Shown here piece after piece: positions 59,312 to 64,000 of a DNA stretch of 64,000 nt. The stretch lies in NCBI RefSeq assembly GCF_009914755.1, contig NC_060948.1; one strand, given 5' to 3'. The position numbers and the translations under genes are program-made. The DNA is from the human T2T-CHM13v2.0 reference genome, Homo sapiens. The notes below the pieces were generated by a model that had not been told where the DNA came from, searched no databases, and saw only the letters and a list, made by a program, of their open reading frames with translations. How positions within the stretch are numbered: the first letter of the stretch is position 1; each line of letters begins with the position of its first letter.

Positions 59312-59702
59312 TCCTTCTTCACCTTGCTTCTTTTCCTTCTTCTTGTTCTTCTTGTTCTTGTTCTTCTTGTTCTTGTTCTTGTTCTTCTTCTTCTTGTTCT
59401 TCTTCTTCTTCTTCTTCTTCTTCTTCTTCTTCTTCTTCTTCTTCTTCTTCTTCTTCTTTCTTCTTCTTTTCTTCTCCTTCTCATTCTTCTTCTTCTTCTT
59501 CTCCTTCTTTTCTTCTTGTTTTTTTCTTCTTGTTCTTCTTCTTGTTGTTCTTGTTCTTCTTCTTCTTGTTGTTCTTGTTCTTCTTCTTGTTCTTCTTCTT
59601 CTTGTTCTTCTTGTTCTTCTTCTTCTTCTTCCTCCTCCTCCTCTTCCTCCTCTTCTTCTTCCTCCTCCTCCATCTTCTTCTTTTCTTTCTCCCTCTTCTT
59701 TT
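59312..59702. repeat. Compound trinucleotide repeat (CTT/GTT/CCT) including pure (CTT)20
   Basis: Pure CTT at 59399-59458 within a ~390-bp pyrimidine-rich tract. Confidence 0.95.
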
Positions 59703-59711
59703 CAGAATACT

Positions 59712-59983
59712 GCCATTGTTCTGAGAGAAAACTCATTTTACCAGCTGGGGCATGAGATATAATGTGGAAATCCTGCAAGGCACCCATGTTAATAGCCAGG
59801 TCACTCTCAGGATTACAGCTGTCTAGTTAATCAGCAGCTGATTATGCATGCCTGAAGGTATTCAGCTCAGACCAAAATGATCCAGCTGAGTCCACCCTAT
59901 ATGTCTGACTAGCTCAACAATGAGCTAATGTAATAAATTTGGGTTGTTCTTTTGTTCTTTTATGGAACAGTAGCTAACTAAAA
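59712..59983 (+). mobile_element. MLT1-like MaLR LTR remnant
   Basis: ccagctgagtccacc...atgagctaat..aataaa...agtagctaactaa resembles an MLT1 3' end. Confidence 0.55.
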
Positions 59984-60562
59984 TGTGCACTCAATGCAGA
60001 TAGAATGCCAGGATTCAGTAATAAGTTAATTGCTGGTTACCTGCAAACAATGGCTGTCTTATAGAAGTTGATTTCCTTTTCCCATTATTTAAAGTTGAAT
60101 GTCTTATAAGATAATATTGAGTAATACAGAAATGTATGTAGACATGTATACAGATAATTGATGCTTACATTCTTATAATCCCCCATACAACAGCAGGAAA
60201 CTGACAACCACAGCCTGACAACTAGGGCCAAGGCCACATAGCAAAATAGAATTGTTTCTAGTCTATTTTACTCCATATCTAAGCATTGGAGATCAAAGCT
60301 GTTAAGAAATATGAAGATACAGCGTTCCTTTATTTTATGGCCTCATCATTGTTTGTTTACTCTCAGATCTCTGAAAGGAATGTGGACCGCAGGTGGGCAG
60401 CAATGTTCTAGCCGTAGATATTTTATTCTTGCAGCCATCTTTTGTCTGTAAGGGTGCTTCCTCTTCCACCATTTTACTTGAGGTAAGATGCTCCTTGAGA
60501 GAGGATGTCTCATCACCTCTAGCAGAAATGGAATGTTCAGGCCATTCACCTCTTTGATGTCA

Positions 60563-60868
60563 GAACTATACTGCAATGTCCTGGCTACTGGCTATGTGTG
60601 ACTACTGAGTCCTGTTGCTCATCCAACCCAAGGTGTGCTAAAAAAGGGAAAAGACCGAGTTTCAAAACATCAGTAATACACACATACAGAGACACATTTT
60701 GTTAAGAATTAAAAGTTAATTACATATTTGAAGAATAGTATTTAGGATATATTCAGTTAAATACATTGTTACAATCAATTTCACCTTTTTTAAAGAAAAC
60801 TTTAAAAAACTGTGGCTACTAGAAAATTTAAAAGTCATACATTACTCACATTTTACATCAGAGAATTG
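60563..60868. mobile_element. MER33-like hAT DNA transposon
   Basis: aatttcacct...tgtggctactagaaaatttaaaa; ggatatattcagttaaata. Confidence 0.75.
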
Positions 60869-61625
60869 CCTGTTTTTTGAAATAGCAGGCAGCCCACTCA
60901 AAAGACCAGAAGCCAGAAATGTCATAAAATCTGAAATTTAAAATAATTGCCATTATTTATAATTTTCAATGTGTGAATAACATAATATTTATAAATTGAT
61001 AGGACCTTATAGCCAAGGTCAAATGCAAATATTCTGTGAGCTATGCTCCTGTCAGTGCAACGAGTAAGCCCTATGTAAAAAGACTGTAGCCTAGGCTGTC
61101 ATTCTTGCCTCATTGAGCCCAGTACCTGATAACAATGACAGAAGTGTCATTCAAGGTCTGAGGGAATGGAGGCTGAAGCCTTATCTAATCAGGACTGAGA
61201 CCTGGATTATAAGGTTATGGTTCTAGGAAATCTGGCAGGGATATCCACACACCTGAATACAGGGCTCTGTGGGTGGGCTGCCAGGACACACTGGTTGTCA
61301 AGAAAGGGCCATGGAGACAGTTACAATCACAGGCAGCATTCAAAGCTGGATTCTTCCAATACATAATTGCTCCTAACAAAATGACATGTCCACCAGCCAC
61401 CGACACATGCCCTCTGAAATTTCTTTGCCTAGGAACCTCACATTTGTTTACCCTGAATGTTTCACTGTCTGCCTCCAGAGATAAACTTAAATGAGTAACA
61501 CAATAGACTTCAGACAAAAAGCAAACAACAAAAGTATTATAACAATTTCAGGAAAATAAAAAGGAGATTTTTTCCAAGACTTGTCTTACTTTTTAAAGAG
61601 CAATAGAAGAGAATGCTATTAGCTG

Positions 61626-61695
61626 CTACTGTTTGTTTTCCTCCTAAGACTCTGAGGCAACTACTGTTTGTTTTCCTCCTAAGACTCTGAGGCAA
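61626..61695. repeat. Perfect 35-bp tandem duplication
   Basis: ctactgtttgttttcctcctaagactctgaggcaa occurs twice in tandem. Confidence 0.97.
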
Positions 61696-62368
61696 CAAAA
61701 AACAAAATGAAACAAGCAAAAATCCATTAAGGGTAGAGCTTTCACATACAGATTTAGTTGACAGGCAGAAAATTGAGACATTAAATAGATTATTGAGTGA
61801 TCTTTAATGCTTACTCAGGCAGCTGTTAATATCAAACCTCAAAGTATTATTTTGCTCTTTTTTTCATTTTTCTATTCAAAATATCGAGTTTAAAATACAT
61901 AAAGTACAGAGGGAAAAATATCAGGTTTTCCAGAAATATCTTCATTTAGAAATATGACTTATGAAGGGTTGGTGGGATGGTCACTAGGATCCAAAAATAT
62001 TGAGTTTCATTTCTCAGCCCAACTTTCCATATTTAGAAGTACGTACCAACATTTATGAACAAAGTCAACATCCACCAGAAATAATATTAAATAAAGCTTA
62101 CAGTTTTGGAACATGACAATAATACACACAGACCTCACTCACCAATTCTTAATCGGCAGAAACAAACACTTGCATTTAAACTCTTCTAAAATGTCAAATT
62201 AGCATGTCTTCTTCTTAATGTAAGGTTTAAATAAGCTTGATTCAATCTGCTTTTATTAAAATACCTATGGAAACCTGTATTTAATTGCTGAGAAAAGTTA
62301 ATTGTGTGCTGTATTCAAAGATAAAATATTTTTACTGTATAGCCAAATACAGTTGTATGTTTTCTTTT

Positions 62369-62817
62369 AAAAATTAATTTAAGATGGATTAAAGACCTAA
62401 ATATTAGACCTAGAACCATAAAAACCCTAGAAGAAAACCTAGGCAATACCATTCATGACATAGGCATGGGCGAAGACTTCACGTCTAAAACACCAAAAGC
62501 AATGGCAACAAAAGCGAAAATTAACAAATGGGATCTAATTAAACTAAAGAGCTTCTGCACAGCAAAATAAACTACCATCAGAGTGAAGAGGCAACCTACA
62601 GAATGGGAGAAAAATTTTTCAATCTACTCATCTGACAAAGGGCTAATATCCAGAATCTACAAATAACTCAAACAAATTCACAAGAAAAAAACAACCCCAT
62701 GAAAAAGTGGGCAAAGGATATGAACAGACACTTCTCAAAAGAAGACATTTATGCAGCCAACAGACACATGGAAAAATACTCATCATCACTGGACATCAGA
62801 GAAATGCAATTAAAAAA
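62369..62817 (+). mobile_element. Internal L1PA ORF2 fragment lacking 3'UTR and poly(A)
   Basis: Matches ~15868-16318 of the full-length L1 in this window. Confidence 0.92.
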
Positions 62818-62819
62818 GC

Positions 62820-64000
62820 TTGGCATTAGAGTAGTTAATACATCACAGTTACACTGTTATAATATTCTGTGTTTTTCTGTTTACTTACAATTATCACTGA
62901 ACTTTGTACCATCAGGTGATTATTTTTTGCTAATTAATTTTTTTTCTAGTTAAAGTACTCCCTTTAGCATTTCTTGTAGGACAGATCTGGTATTGATAAA
63001 GTTCCTCAGCTTTTGCTTCCATGAAAAGTCTTTGTCTCTCTTTTATATTTAAATAATATTTTCATCAGATTATTTTATTCTAAAAGTTATTTTCTTTCTC
63101 CAAAACTATAAATATGTCATGTCACTTTTTCCTGACCTGTAAAGTTTCTACTAAAAATTCTGCTGCCAAATGTATTGGGTCTTCATTTTACACTCTTTGT
63201 TTCTTTGCTCTTGCTACTTTTAGAATTCTTTATTTATCCCATCCTTTTTTTTTTCTTCAACACTTTAAATATATCATGTCACTCTTTCCTGGCCTGAAAG
63301 GTTTTCAGTAAAAAGTCTGCTGTGAAATATACAGGGTCTTCATTGCATGCTGTTTGTTCCCTTGTTCTTGTTACTTTTAGAATTTTTTTTTTTTTTTTTT
63401 TTTTTTTAATTCTAGCCCTCAATGCCTCAAGATAGCCTTCTTTGGGTTGAAACTGCTTTGTGTTCCACAACTTTCTTATACTTGGGTGTTGATACCTTTC
63501 TCTAGGCCTTGGATGTTCTCTGTTATCACTTGGAATAACTCATAACCCCTTTTTCTATATCTTCCTTAATGCCAGTATCTCTTAGAATAGCCTTTTTGAG
63601 GTTATTTTTAAAATATATTTTTGGCATGCTTTATTTTTTATTTTATTGACTTATCTGTGTATTTTGAATTAGCCTGTTTTCAAGCTCACTTCCTTTTCCT
63701 TCTGTTTGATCAATTAATCTGTAAAAAAACTCGATGCATTTTTAAGATATCAATTGCATTTTTTAGCTTCAGAATTTTGACTTGATTTTTAAAAACATTT
63801 TAATGTCTGTTAAATTTATCTGATGAAATTTTGATATTCCTCTCTGTGTTATCATAAATTTCTTTGAGTTTCCTTAACACTTTTTTTTTTTTTAATTTTC
63901 TGTCTGAAAAGCCACATGTCTTTGTTTCTCCAGGATTGGTTTCTAGTAGTTTAGTTGGTTAATTTGTTTAGAACATGTTTTCCTAGGTGGTATGGATTCT
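62820..64000 (-). mobile_element. Old L1M fragment (ORF1/inter-ORF region), running off the window
   Basis: ctccctttagcatttcttgtaggacag...cctcagcttttg; gcctgttttcaagctcact. Confidence 0.8.

Noticed and set aside
59086-59787. 233-aa poly-E/poly-R ORF and overlapping poly-L/S/F ORFs
   Set aside because: Stop-free translation of the trinucleotide repeat and an Alu; no evidence of coding.
61215-61517. 100-aa minus-strand ORF in non-repeat DNA
   Set aside because: No recognisable family, non-ATG start, length within chance expectation.

Overview
Primate, human-like genomic DNA with no recognisable intact gene. About 1-57,750 is almost all nested retroelements: several decayed ERV1/MER4-group proviruses, a deleted HERV-K(HML-3)/HERVK9 provirus, THE1 MaLRs, solo LTRs, three L1PA elements (one full-length, one internally deleted, one 5'-inverted), an old L1M and Alus. 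About 57,750-62,370 is older sequence (MIR, MLT1, MER33, STRs) with one candidate spliced exon; L1 fragments end the window. The listed ORFs are retroelement debris, microsatellite artefacts or unrecognised short frames. I found no new gene system. The most notable unexplained signal is a set of at least five rearrangement scars with templated or fold-back insertions (4570, 17637, 21562, 37736, 46349), which resemble polymerase-theta end joining or template switching. ERV density and decay suggest a non-recombining, Y-like region (inference). Repeat family names come from my recall of consensus sequences and need RepeatMasker/Dfam confirmation.
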